Made by a program: the position numbers and the translations under genes. Below the pieces are notes generated by a model. The model made no database searches. It saw only the letters and a program-made list of their open reading frames with translations, and was not told where the DNA came from. From contig NC_057720.1 of NCBI RefSeq assembly GCF_004010195.1, forward strand, positions 14,842,006 to 14,891,077: a DNA stretch of 49,072 bases, given 5' to 3'. Each line of letters opens with the position of its first letter. Within the stretch, counting starts at the first letter, position 1. The stretch comes from Chiloscyllium plagiosum (Eukaryota). Positions 1 to 11,776 of this stretch are shown here, piece by piece.

Positions 1-508
1 GCTCTCTGGGTGGTCCGAAACCTGTTGATCTTCCAGCAGAAGGAGTTGACCCCGACGGAGTGTTGCAGACTGGCACATTCCAAGGTCCAGGACTATGTGT
101 TGAGGGACGCGCTGAAGCTTGGGGCAGCTGCTGCCAAGGCGCGGTGGGGAAAGACTACCGTGTAACATCTGCCTGCCTAAAGAAAAACAGGGGGCCCGCG
201 CAGTCATTTGGGCTCTGCTGATGCCTCAGCTCAATGTAATCGCACCAACCTGTAAATAGAATTGATTACTCTGTTTTCGGTACCGTGTAACATCTGCCTG
301 CCTAAAGAAAAACAGGGGGCCCGCGCAGTCATTTGGGCTCTGCTGATGCCTCAGCTCAATGTAATCGCACCAACCTGTAAATAGAATTGATTACTCTGTT
401 TTCGGTACGCAAACAAATGGAATGTTTACATATGTATGGCATGTCCAACTGTACAGACCATTAAAGTAATTTATGAATAAAGTATATTTTTGAAATAATA
501 AAAAAAAT
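1..508 (+). mobile_element. Tx1-clade LINE, 3' end (ORF2 C-terminus, 3'UTR, poly-A)
   Basis: Frame 1 reads ALWVVRNLLIFQQKELTPTECCRLAHSKVQDYVLRDALKLGAAAAKARWGKTTV* (stop 163-165), an L1/Tx1-type W..RN..IF C-terminus. AATAAA at ~476 and an A-tract at ~497-508. Confidence 0.8.
156..405. repeat. Perfect 125-bp tandem duplication
   Basis: 156-280 equals 281-405, with TAC microhomology at the junction. Confidence 0.95.
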
Positions 509-582
509 TCAGCAAATGAAACGTCTCTAAATTTCTTGCCCATATTGATTGGCTGGCACACTGCTTTAAAATTGAAATGAGC

Positions 583-910
583 ATAGAATCCCTACAAGGT
601 GGAAGCAGGCCATTTGGTCCATCAATCGAAACCGACTCTCCAAAGACCATCCCAACCAGACCCACCCGTTGACCCTATCCCTGTAACTCTGCATCTCCTA
701 TGGCTAATCCTGGACACTATGGGCAATTTAGCATGGCCAATCCACCTAGCCCACATATGGACTGTGGGAAGAAACCGGAGCATCCGGAAGAAACCCAAAC
801 AGACACAGGGAGAATGTCCAAACTCCACACAGACAGTCGCCCAAGGGCAGAATTGAACCTGGGGTCCTGGCGCTGTGAGGCAGCAATGCTAATCACTGAG
901 CCATTGCACC
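583..910 (-). mobile_element. HE1 (V-SINE), near full length
   Basis: Reverse complement has a tRNA-like head (tggctcagtgattagcattgctgcctcacagcgccaggaccccaggttcaattc), a V-domain (gtgtggagtttggacattctccctgtgtctg) and a CR1-like tail. Confidence 0.9.
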
Positions 911-1481
911 AAGTGCCTTCTATTCATTCCTTCCCAGACAGCAGTGCAGATGAATAACATATTCAACAAGTTTTAACAATAGTTTGCAACTTTGAAGGAT
1001 AGCAAGTAGTATAAAGATTTTATTTCCCCAAAATTTGGGAATACATTTTTTCTTTCAATATAAATTATATGAAGGTTTTTAATACCTGGTGAGAAGCTTA
1101 TTCACCTCCACCCGCCCCCACAACCACCACCTCTCCCCCCAACACCCCCGACCTCTACATACACACACATCACTAACACCACATTCACCAACAATGGAAT
1201 ACCAATTTCCATTAATGTTGCAAGTATTTTGAGGATTGCAAGTTATGAATACTGAGTGAGTGAATACGGAGTATATATGTGAAGAATGAGGTGGCATGGA
1301 GGAACATGAAGAATAGAGGGGGTATGGGCTGACATGGGTGATCTGAGAGGACATGGCCAGGTGGTAAGGGGTGTTGAGTGGAGGGGTAAGAGAAGTGAAA
1401 TACGATTGGGAGCTGGGATAGTGTGTTGGAGAACTGAGATGGGCCTTCTAAACAGTTCATTTCCACAGCCTCATTCCTCAC

Positions 1482-1530
1482 TCTCAAACTTGTAGTTCAT
1501 AAACTGCACTGCAACCCTTTCTTCACTATG
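1482..1530 (-). other. Candidate 49-nt exon, possibly with start codon (MNYKFE...)
   Basis: Acceptor tatttttgggttttcgcag, donor GA|gtgagg. One frame is open (HSEERVAVQFMNYKFE), ATG at 1500. Confidence 0.35.
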
Positions 1531-1629
1531 CTGCGAAAACCCAAAAATAGATGGTAAACTCACATAACCTCCAAGCTGCAAAAATGTGCAGGCCACATTT
1601 TCCTGAGCCCAGAGAAAGATTTGACCCAT

Positions 1630-1945
1630 TAAATCAAGACCACGTCTGCCTGTTTACATAGATATACAAGATCCCATTATTTGATCAAGGGGAATTCTCC
1701 CAATGCCCAAACCTGCATATCACAAAGATCAAAGAAAATTTACAGCCCAGGAACAGGCCCTTCGGCCCTCCAAGCCTGAGCCACTCCAAATGTACTGTCT
1801 AAACTTAGGTTAGAAAGTTATTAACGCATTGCCATTTGCAGGACTTTGCAAAAAAGTTTGTTTTGTACAAACTGCATTTCAAAATGTCTAACTGGCTGAA
1901 GATCATTTCGGGTGTGTGGAAATATAATTGTAAGTCCTTCTTCAA
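1630..1945 (+). mobile_element. Degenerate DeuSINE (SacSINE1-like) fragment interrupted by a CR1 3' tail (~1725-1805, minus)
   Basis: Deu-domain-like gtctgcctg...aagatcccat...aggggaattctccc. The insert aaagaaaatttacagcccaggaacaggcccttcggccc is a reverse-complemented CR1 tail. Confidence 0.5.
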
Positions 1946-2604
1946 AACCCCAGCTCGTCTTTCTCGTTATGTAGGCTGACTGATGTTTTCATTCTTTCCA
2001 GTATCTGCAGTTTTATTTTAAAAACAGAACAGCACATTGATCAAGAAAATGTGTCATATGGATTTTCATATAGCATTTTGCAGGTGCTACATAATGGCCT
2101 AGATGATAAAATCAAAACATACATATTGTCAGAATAACAATTCTGACATAATTACATTTCTAGAATGCCTTCAAAATAGCAAAACCTTTCAGGAATGCAA
2201 TCAGATAAAAAAAATGACACTGACACAAAGAATTGTCAAACACTTGAGCAATTTAGTTTATACTTTACAGGACGTGGGTGTTGCCCTTGAACGGAGTGGC
2301 TTTCTAGGGCCATTTCACAGAGACCTCCCCTAAAGAGAAGACTGTGGTGGAGTGGGTGCGTCACCTCACACTACATTGAACCTCATCTACCACCTCTCCA
2401 TTCACTCCACCAACTTGTCAATATCCTTCTGGAGTTCCATACAATCCTCCTCCAGCTTGAAGGGCTGAATGGACTACTCCCCTTCCTATGCTCCTATCTG
2501 GGGGATTCCAACACGAACATTCCTCCAGCCTGAAAAATATCCATTGACCATTTTTTCTACCACTCAATTTTGTATTAACATTGACACTTCCCTCTGTTAT
2601 ACCA

Positions 2605-2792
2605 TTAGATTAGTTACAGTGTGGAAACAGGCCCTTTGGCCCAACAAGTCCACACCGACCCATTCTCCTACATTTACCCCTTCACCTAACACTACGGGCA
2701 ATTTAGCTTGGCCAATTCATCTAATCTGCACATGTTTAGACTGTGGGAGGAAACCGGAGCACCTGGAGGAAACCCATGCAGACAAGGGGAGA
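2605..2792 (-). mobile_element. HE1 SINE, 5'-truncated
   Basis: (ttaga)n tail, cagtgtggaaacaggccc and V-domain, as in the other copies. Confidence 0.9.
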
Positions 2793-2914
2793 ATCCTCCT
2801 CCAGCTCGATGGGCTGAATGGACTATGATTCACAACTTTCCTCACAAGTCTATTGTGAGGCAGTGTATCGAATACCTTTTGTAAATCCTTGTTTACCACA
2901 CTATAAACATTACT

Positions 2915-3280
2915 TTGGAGACATTAAGAATGCTCAAGGGGCTCAACAGGGTAAATGCTGAGAGGATGTTTCCCTTCACAGGCGAGTCTAGGACAAGAGG
3001 GCATAGTCCCAGAATAAAGGGAAAGGGGTGCCTAGTAAAGACTGAGATGAGGAGGAATGTGGAATTTCCTCTCTCCGAGAATCTTGAACACCTTACCACA
3101 GACAGCTGTAGGGGCACAGAGTCCGTGTGCATACTTAAGGCTGAAATAAATAGATTCTTGATCAGTCAGGGAGATTCAAAGGGAAAAGGCAAGAGAGTGA
3201 ACGCTGGGTCAGCCACGATCCTTTTGAATGGTAGATCGGGCTTGAGGGGCCGAATGGCCTATCCCAGTTCCTATTTCTGA
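2915..3280 (+). mobile_element. CR1 LINE 3' fragment
   Basis: ETLRMLKGLNRVNAERMFP...ESRTRGHSPRIKG...TEMRRN is a CR1 ORF2 C-terminus; tail gggccgaatggccta. Confidence 0.85.
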
Positions 3281-3849
3281 TGGCCTTATTATTGTCATCA
3301 GTCCTGTCCCTTCCCTCTTCAATAAAAAAAACCTCCACCACGTTGGTTAAACATGATTTCCCGTTTTTTAAAAATCCATGCTGGTTCATGGTGACCTTTA
3401 TTGAGAACGGTTTAATATTCCAGATTATTTGTTGATTTTAAATTTCACCACCTGCTGTGTCCCCACAACATTAACCTGGGTCCTGGATCACTGGCCCAGT
3501 AACAGTGTCCCCGAGGAGGTGGAGAGGTTTATAGCGGAGCCGGAAAAGGAGGGAGAAATGGAGACGATTGGGAAAGAATATGGAAATAGCACCGATACTA
3601 GAATCAGAGAGTGTACAGTATTCAGACGGTAAAGGGTTTTAGAGCAACAATATCCATTTGTAAATCGGAGGTCATTGCCAGGAAAGTGAAGGGACAGTCT
3701 AGAAAATTATTTTTCATGTTAACAGATACAATTCCCTGCCCAAAACAGTGGTGGGAGATGCCAACAAATGATTGCAGATGGGAAAAGGCATGTTAAAGCG
3801 GATTGAGACTGTCATGCCTTTCAGAGCTGAGGTGCACGAATCTGAATTT

Positions 3850-4150
3850 CCCGCAGCCCCGTTTCCTACCTTTGGATTGTTTTTTACCTTTGGACCGGTT
3901 TTCTGGCCGGTGGGGTGACACGGGAGAGAATGATTGACTGGAGAGGTCAGCAGTAACAGGAAGCAGCGCGGCTGCCAACAGCAGTAACCTTGCTGCGCTC
4001 AGTGCACGTTCGGCTTCGTATTCATTCCGAGCAGACCTTATTTCCCCGGGACCCGTGCCCGACAGGGTTACGAGGAAGCAGTCTGCTGCTTATCTGAGCT
4101 CAGTGATCCACCCTCCTCAGCCCTTCCAGCAGAACCCGGGACTGAGCCAC
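3850..4150 (-). promoter_or_regulatory. CpG-rich segment; candidate first (5'UTR) exon or promoter
   Basis: About 17 CpG in 300 bp against a CpG-depleted background, not recognisable as a repeat. Two AAG|GTA donors on the minus strand (exon ends 3888 and 3870). Confidence 0.45.
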
Positions 4151-4151
4151 A

Positions 4152-4398
4152 CTAACACTCGAATAAAGCGCACCGGTCAGGCAGAAGATACAGAATCCTG
4201 AACACAGGAGGTTCAGGAACAGCTTCTTCCCGGCTGTTATTAGACTGATGAATGGACTCTAGAGCCTCAAATAATGCTGACCTTGCTAACACTGATGCCC
4301 TGTGCATTGTGACCTGTATGCCTCTGTCTAGGTTTTTTGATCTGTATTGCATTGCTTACTATGATCTGCCTGTACTGTTCGTAAACACAGCTTTTCAT
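4152..4398 (+). mobile_element. Rex1/Babar LINE 3' end (tail resumes at ~5618-5666 after the Tx1 insert)
   Basis: gtcaggcagaagatacaga...aggttcaggaacagcttcttccc (SGRRYR...RFRNSFFP). Tail cagctttttcatcgtacttcggta...(caat)n lies beyond the insertion. Confidence 0.8.
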
Positions 4399-5617
4399 TT
4401 TTTTTCTATTTTATTCAATTCCCACCACCAGGAAGAAAGAATACACCCGAGTGGCCAGTGACAAGCAGTGCCCTTCACATCAAAGGGCAATGCTGTGTGA
4501 TCAAACAGTGAAGGGGAGGGCAGGGATTAAGTCAACGCAGAGTGGGCAGGAAAATAATACACACACTCCCTGTGGTGCCCACCTCTCCCTGAACAGCTCA
4601 AGGGTGTTGGTGGGCACCACGTGCTCCTTTCCAGATTCACCCAGGCTCTGACATAACGACGGAAGAGGGGGCAGGCATTCAGCCCCAGCAACCCCCTCCC
4701 CGGCTCGCTGCCTGGACCTGTTTATGGCCAGTTTGACCAGGCCCAGGAGCAAACCTACAAAGAGGTCATCAGACCTGCCCTCCCTCCTCCGTACCGGGTG
4801 CCCGAAGATCAGGAGCGTGGGACTGAGGTGCAACCAAAAACAGAGAAGAAGGTTCTTAAGAAAATCAAAAAGGGGAGTGCAGACACCCACACCCAGTATA
4901 TACATGGCCCATGGATTCCACAGCACCACAGAACAAGCAGTTGGGCTGGGAGTCCGTGAACCACTGCAGTCTGCGGTTGCAGGGGACCGACCTCCACCCC
5001 AGATCCCCGAGAGAAAGGGGGAGCACTCCCACATAGAGAGCCCTCCACTGGGGATCCCCACCACCCGGTGGTAAATGGGCACACAAGGCGTGTCCGGGCA
5101 GTGGATGAGGGAGAAGAGATGGACAGTGTGCAGCAGCAGTCTATACAGGGCCTGCCATTTTATGTCCCAAAAAGGGGTAAAACTAAAATTCCAGAAGTGG
5201 CTCAGGTTGTGGAGCACAGGTTCCCGCGGGAAGTACGGGACTTTGGTGCCAATGTGAAATTCCGTCTGGGCAGGGGTAAGCGTGGACGGGATCCCACTGC
5301 ACACCAGAACATCCTCCAACTGGTGCACAACGTCGGGTCTGAGCACCGCCATTTTAAGGCATCCAATGGCAGTGGCCACGAACTGGGCGTCTACTTCTGC
5401 CCTGCTCGCTATGTCCTCTGGCAGCATCCAGCCCAAGCCCCCACCACCCAGCACATCCCCGACCCTGGTCACCTTCGCCGCCACTGCCCTCCCCTCCAAC
5501 AGCCACTCGAACCCACGAGTACAGAGGTGCGGATTCCTGAGCAACGGCTCCCTGACAACAGCTGCTACTCCTGCTGGAGGGTAGGCGTGATGTGATTCCA
5601 CCATGTTCCAGGCAGTG
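4397..5617 (-). mobile_element. Tx1-clade LINE, 5'-truncated ORF2 C-terminal region
   Basis: ORF 4501-5655 (REPLLRNP...; LIFG...LLLGLVKLAINRSR...FRERWAP), zf-RVT-like CLFCGAVESMGHVYTGC in a shifted frame, T-tract at ~4398, TSD aaacacagctttt(t)cat at ~4383 and ~5618. Confidence 0.85.
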
Positions 5618-6004
5618 AAACACAGCTTTTCATCGTACTTCGGTATATGTGGCAATCAATCAATCACCCTGACACTCTTGCCCGATCAGATTTACCCTGA
5701 AAGATGCACCTCCCGAAAATCCCAAGGCACCAACTCTACTGGAATTGACCGGGACTGTTAAAGTTGCCTTTCGTCCACGTCCCTCTAACTCAATTCTCTA
5801 GTTAGCCCAGAAAATGAGAAAGCTTAGATGATGATCTGTCTCCCGGTAGTCCCAACCTCATATGCCTCACTCTATCTAAACAACCTTTGATCTGTGTGTC
5901 CTTGTATGGCCTCATCTGTCAAACCATTTTACCCTGCTCAGGTATCAAAATCAAGTTACTGGAATGGCAGAACTGACAGATCAACAAAGATTGGATAGGT
6001 TAAG

Positions 6005-7080
6005 ACTACAGTCACTGACATTTATAAGAATGAGGGGGATTTCGTAGAAACTTATGAAATTCTAACAGGACTAGACAGGTTAGATGCAGGAAGGATGTTC
6101 CCAGTGGCAGGGGAATCTGGAGCCAAGGACCACAGTCTAAGGATAGAAGGTAAGCCACTTAGGACTGAGAAGAGCAGATAGAGTGGTGAGCCTGTAGAAT
6201 TCACTGCCACAGAAAGCAGTCAAGGCCAAACATCATATGATTTGAAGAGAGGATAGTGAAGAAGGTGTTTGGTATGCTTTCCTTTATTGGTCAGAGTATT
6301 GAGTACAGGAGTTGGGAGGTCATGTTGCGGCTGTACAAGACATTGGTTCGGCCGCTGTTGGAATATTGCGTGCAACTCTGATCTGTTTCCTATCGGAAAG
6401 ATGTTGTGAAATTTGAAAGGGTTCAGAAAAGATTTACAAGGATGTTGCCACCAGAGGATGTGGTGGAGGCTGGTACAATTGCAACATTTAAGAGGCATTT
6501 GGATGGGTATATGAATGGGTTTGGAGGGATTTGGGCCGGGTGCTGGCAGGTGGGACTAGATTGGGTTGGGATATCTGGTCGGTGTGGACAGGTTGGACGG
6601 AAGGGTCTGTTTCCATGCTGTACATCTCTATGACTCTATGACTAAGGAGTTGAACATAGTTTGTGAAGCTGAGGGAAATAAAAAGAATATGGGGAAATGC
6701 AGATACAGGAAATTGAGTTGGTCTTAATCATGATGAATGGCAGAGTAGACTCAGGGCCAAATGGCCTACCCCTGCCCCTATTTTCAATCTTTCCAACTAA
6801 GGATCAGCGTCTAAGGATACAGGATAGGCCTTTTAGGACTGAGATGAGGAGAAATTTCTTCACCGAGAGAGTGATGAGCTTGTGGAATTCCCTGCTACAG
6901 AAAATGGTTAAGGCCAAAATGTTGAATGTTTTCAAGAAGGGGTTAGATATAGCTCCTAGGGTTAAAAGGATCAAAGGGTGGGGGAACAGGATACGGATTG
7001 GAATTCAGCTATGATCATATTGTATGGAGGAGCAGGCTTGAAGGGCTGAATGGCCTACTCTTGCTCCTATTTTCTATGTA
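6005..7080 (+). mobile_element. Nested CR1 3' fragments, including an internally deleted HER1-like copy (~6250-6645)
   Basis: KFERVQKRFTRMLP|PEDVVEAGTIATFKRHLD with (ctatgact)n tail; FRTEMRRNFFTERVMSLWNSL in the flanking copy. Confidence 0.85.
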
Positions 7081-7199
7081 ACTATTAAACTGATCTTAAC
7101 CCCCATAAGTCACACCGATTTCCAACCACCCCAGCTGAACACAACTCCACAGATACCCTGCCCTGAGACTGCAAGGCATAAGAGCAAAATTAAGCCATT

Positions 7200-7478
7200 C
7201 AGATTAGATTCCCTACAGTGTGGAAACGGGCCATTTGGTCCAACAAGTCCAGGCCGACCCATTTCCCTCTGACTAATGCACCCAACACTATGGGCAATTT
7301 AGCATGGCCAATCCACCTGACCTACACATCTTTGGATTGTGGGAGGAAACCAGAGGGAACCTACACAGACGCGGGGAGAATGTGCAAACTCCATACAGAC
7401 AATTGCCCAAGTTGGAATCAAATCCAGGTCCACAGTGCTGTGAGGCAGCAGTGCTAGTCACTGAGCCACCATGCTGCC
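7200..7478 (-). mobile_element. HE1 SINE
   Basis: Tail, V-domain and tRNA head all present in reverse complement. Confidence 0.9.
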
Positions 7479-7759
7479 TGTCAGCTTATTGAGTCTTCAC
7501 CATTCAATGAGATCATGTCAGATTTGATAACCTTGAAGTCCACTCACCTGCCTATTCCCTAAAACAGTTGATTTCCTTGCTAATTAAAAACCCATCTGTC
7601 TTAGCCTTTGATTGGATGTTCCTGGGTAAGGAGCTCTGACAGGCTTAATTGCACAGGTAGGAGGTCACTGATATCACCTCTGACTTTGATTCAAAAGTTC
7701 TTGTCCGTAAAGCGCCTTAGGATCTCATGAGGATGTGAGAAGGGCTATATAAATTCAGT

Positions 7760-8090
7760 TATAGAGATGCACAACACCGAAACAGACCATTTGGTCCAAC
7801 TCATCCATGCCAACCAGATATCCTAAGCTGATCTAGTCATTTCCCAGCACTTGATCCATATCCCTCTAAACTCTGCCTATTCATGTACCCATTCAGGTGC
7901 CTTTTAAATTTTGTAATTGAAGCAGTCTCCATCCATCTCCTTTGGCAAGTCATTCCATACAGACACCACCCTCTACGTGAAAAACTTGCCCCTGAGGTAT
8001 CTTTTAAATCTTTCTCCTCTCACCTTTAGCTTAAGCCCTCTAGTTTTAGACTCCCCTACCCAGGGGAAATGATCTTGGTTATTTATTTTC
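7760..8090 (-). mobile_element. HER1/CR1 3' end
   Basis: Reverse complement matches the 3' end of the 16.8-17.1 kb copy. Confidence 0.8.
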
Positions 8091-8124
8091 CTCTGTTCCT
8101 TTTGTATTCAGTTTTGTAACATGG

Positions 8125-8322
8125 GAATAAAAACAGCACTGGAAAAACTCAGCAGGTCTGGCAGCATCTGTGGAGAGAGAACCAGAGTCAACATTTCAAA
8201 TCCAAAGACTCTTCCGAACAAATCCCATTTCTCTGTGCACAGATGTTGCCAGACGTGATGAGCTTCTCCAGCATTTTCTATTCTCATTTGAGATTCGCAG
8301 CATCCGCAATGTTTTATTTTTA
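8125..8322. mobile_element. Fold-back PLE pseudo-LTR element (older subfamily)
   Basis: ctggaaaaactcagcaggtctggcagcatctgtg is inverted to cacagatgttgccagacgtgatgagcttctccag; both flanks carry tttgtaac. Confidence 0.65.
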
Positions 8323-8908
8323 TTTGTAACGTTGAGAAATGTGAGCCAGCCCCAGGGTTCATGTTCAGGGTTTATGAGTTCTATTGCTTGTGCAAGGTTT
8401 GGAGTCATTAACGTCTGGCCTGGTGAGAGGAATGTAATTTTATAACCTTACACATTAAGACAATTCCAGAAATAGCAAAGAGGGAATTGGAACCAAGTAC
8501 TTCATTAGGGGATCTCAAAAAGTTCTTAACAGAATTCCATTCTTTTTATAATCCATCACACTCTGCTATAATGTCATCGCCCAATGAGCTAATATTAGTA
8601 GGAAAATAAGAACAGAAGTATTCAGTTTAGTCCTCCAGGAAGATTGATTTAGCCAAGCTGAAGTTGGCACAAGTGTCCACCTTTACAGTATCTAACAAAT
8701 TATAACAGTTCAATGAATGGGACTTAAACAACACATGTTGCAATGCCACAACTCAAATTCAATGAATGACCATTCATTTAAACCAAACAATGTACTGCAA
8801 CTATGACCTTATGCCAGAAATATTTATATCTTGAAACCCAAATAACATATTAATCACCAACTAGTATTTTTTTTCAATGATTGTAGCTTGTAATTGTTGT
8901 TATATGGT

Positions 8909-8965
8909 CTAGATTAGAATGGTGCTGTAGACTCTGATTTCCAGCGTCTACAGCACCTTTTGCCT
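8909..8965. mobile_element. Minimal (~57 bp) fold-back pLTR insertion
   Basis: 15-bp TSD ttgttgttatatggt; internal ggtgctgtagac / gtctacagcacc inverted pair; ends in ttttgcct. Confidence 0.65.
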
Positions 8966-9607
8966 TGTTGTTATATGGTGGCAACCTACATTAACTACTA
9001 TGTGACTCACACCCAAAAACTCATTCTACCCGTTGTTATTTATGTGAACAGACACACTCTGATTCATGTATGATTGTCAACCTCAGCTCACACCAGTCAC
9101 TCTGTTCCAACCTTAGTTGTAACCACATATTTTAATAAAATCTTTCCTGAGCAAATTTCAACTTTTCAGGTTGTGACTTGGCAGAATTTTCTTTTTTTGT
9201 TGACAATTGTTAAACAAATGGAAGGAAGCACGAGTGGTCAAAATCCATTAATAGTTCCAAAGGGAAGTGGGAAAAGGAGCCGTTTGTTCAAGAGCTATCA
9301 CAGGTGTGAAAAGATAAATGAACAGCATCCTTTTGTGCTGTAAATAGTTCATGGCCTCTAGTTCAAAACGGACGCTCAGTCAAGAAATTTGATGATTTTA
9401 ATCTTTGCATGGCCATTTTTTTGCCAGTATGGAGGCTGTTTAACTAGTCTCTGTATTTGTTCTTCTCTGGTTTTCACCCAAGGAAAGAAGATTTGTCAAC
9501 CAAAGATCGCATTTGGATGGTTAATGTGACTGTGCTACATTTTCATGTGTGACATTTAAGCATAACATTTTCACTTAGTCATGGTTATTCATAGAATTAC
9601 ACACAAT

Positions 9608-9722
9608 CATAGAATCCGTACAGTACGGAAGCAGGCCATTTGGCCTATCAAATCCACACTGACCCTCTGCAGAGCATCCCACTCAGACCTAACCCCCTTA
9701 CCCTATCCCTGTAACCCTGCAG
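9608..9722 (-). mobile_element. HE1 3' fragment
   Basis: atagaatccgtacagtacggaagcaggccatttggcc tail. Confidence 0.75.
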
Positions 9723-10739
9723 GAGAAAGAGGCCAGTCAGTCTGTTATGCATGTTCATATGCTTTGAAAGCATAAATAATTCCCCATATCCAGGCAAATC
9801 TTTTCTTGTGAAGCATATGCCCAATTTTCTTTGATAGAGGATTGTATTACTAATATCTAATAATGGTGTAAAAGATATACTTGAATGGTTGAAGTATCCT
9901 GATATAGATTTCACTGTATTGTGGGAAATCTTTGAACAAAGAAAAATCTCTTGATTTCTGAACACATTAAGGTAGGCAATGAGAGATCAATCGTCATGCC
10001 TGGGTTGATGATACCTGAGTGTTGAACATGTCCAATGGTCGTTACAAACATTACAATGGTCGTCAATTTTAACATCGAGAACACTGAACATTTTCTTCCT
10101 TGTATTTTCATCATTGAAATGAGCCCCTTCAAGAGATAAGGGCACATGTGCTCAGAGCCCCTTTGTCAATAAGTTCAACAATAGGCACAGTCAGCAGTAG
10201 GACTTAAATCTTATGGCAGGGCCACACAATCCAAGTGCATCTGAGACTTAACTGAACAATTTACTCAAGCCTTTTTTACAGGCTGGCACTGAATTTATTT
10301 GCAAGATGAAATATGGCAATTTTCCCTTTCTCTTTCTTCTCTGCCCTACATGGATTCATTTTTGTTAGTTAAAAAGATTCCAGAAAATCAACAAAAATAA
10401 AAGATAATCAGATCAGAAGGAATCCCATAAATCACCCCATCTCTAATCTGAATGTTCGGCAAACTCCAGAATGACAGTGTTGATATCTGAAAGATTCACC
10501 TGCACTAAAGCATCATGACAACTTGACAAACAGCAACAGTTTCAAATGAAAGTTGAAAGAGGAGGCTGAAGTAAGATATAGTTCCGGCATAATTCCTTCT
10601 TCACCGCTTCCTTCCATTCTGATTCATAGCTTTGTTCCAGATTTACACTAGCTGATCATATCTAAATTGCTTTATGGACAGTTGCTGATCAAGTGTTAAA
10701 AGTTCATATCTTAATCAACACACTGTACTGATGAGAACC

Positions 10740-11123
10740 AGGTGCTTAAAGCTGAACAATCCCTGAACATGACCTAAAGGATGGATTGGGTGGATAATTA
10801 GTGAGGACAGGCATTTAAAAGCAATGTCAACTCTATCAACAAACACATCGAGTTAGACCCCATCTACCACCCCCTGAGAAAAGGAACAGGAGGTGACTTC
10901 ACCATAGGAATTAACATCACCACAGGAAATGACATCACCAATCCAAAGAAACCCAACCATATAAATAGAAAGCAGGAATTTTCAATATTGCTTCGCCTGA
11001 GACCCACTGAAGATGTTATCTAATAGGGTAATGAAATGTCTGGAAATGAACCTTCCAGCTCAGCGAGCAAACCTACATCCAAAACCTTAACCTGAGCTAC
11101 AAATCTTCTCAAAACTTGCCAAC
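10740..11123 (+). mobile_element. Penelope-like element 3' end (ORF end plus pLTR)
   Basis: NSINKHIELDPIYHPL ORF end, shared with the 29.1 kb and 31.7 kb copies; ends gagctacaaatcttctcaaaac. Confidence 0.85.
11004..11043 (+). ncRNA. Minimal hammerhead ribozyme motif (PLE family B)
   Basis: CCA-CUGAAGA-U-GUUAUCU/AAUA/GGGUAAU-GAAA-U-GUC-UGG: stem I CCA/UGG, stem II, GUC site. Confidence 0.7.
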
Positions 11124-11504
11124 ATTATCTGATCTCTGAGCAAGTGAAAGACGATACAAATTGTCTCAGCACTCCTGGGTAAAGAAAGCCGTCAGTTAGT
11201 TCTTTGCACCTACAATCGATATCCAGAGACCTCGACTGGAAACATGCTTGCATACACATCTGATGCAGACAAGATCAGTGACAATTTCAAGGCCACAAAC
11301 AAGCCAGTAGGATTGATTCCATGCTGCAACATTCTTAGAGGAGACTTCTGCATAAAAAGATGAGAACCGCAATCTTGAATATTTGGTTCATAAAAACTAA
11401 ACAGGACCCTAGTGTAGCCTGTGAATGTTTACACTTCAAACCTTAAAGCCTAAGCTCATATTTATTCCTATACTGTGTCCTGAGTGGTTTGACTGGACAT
11501 CTTT

Positions 11505-11776
11505 TTATTTGACTGCAACTGTAGCATCTGACTCCTGAGAACACCGCTGTCTGAATCCTGGGCTGACATCCAAATACTTGAGCCCACTGAGAACGATGTA
11601 GCAACTTTTCATTGCATTTAACCAATCTCCTTCTGGACTGTTTTGATTCCGATTGATAGTCCAAGCCCGTAAGAAGGAACTTTGTTCAGGAGGAAATCCA
11701 AAGCACGGTTTGATGAACGTAAAGCCAGTCGGAGCAAATAATTGTCTCCTGCTGTGAGGATTTAAAAACTTGCCAT
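11505..11776 (-). CDS. Candidate terminal coding exon of an unidentified host gene
   Basis: Strong acceptor tttttatctttaactcactcttag, then 89 open codons (x)GKFLNPHSRRQLFAPTGFTFIKPCFGFPPEQSSFLRAWTINRNQNSPEGDWLNAMKSCYIVLSGLKYLDVSPGFRQRCSQESDATVAVK*. AATAAA at and after the stop; non-repetitive, CpGs retained. Confidence 0.45.

Noticed and set aside
1080..1430. Overlapping 91-aa ORFs
   Set aside because: Low-complexity C/A-rich and purine-rich sequence.
3793..3978. Signal-peptide-like ORF (LLLLAAALLPVTA)
   Set aside because: No in-frame ATG back to the upstream stop, and splicing in this phase to the 1530 exon gives an immediate stop.
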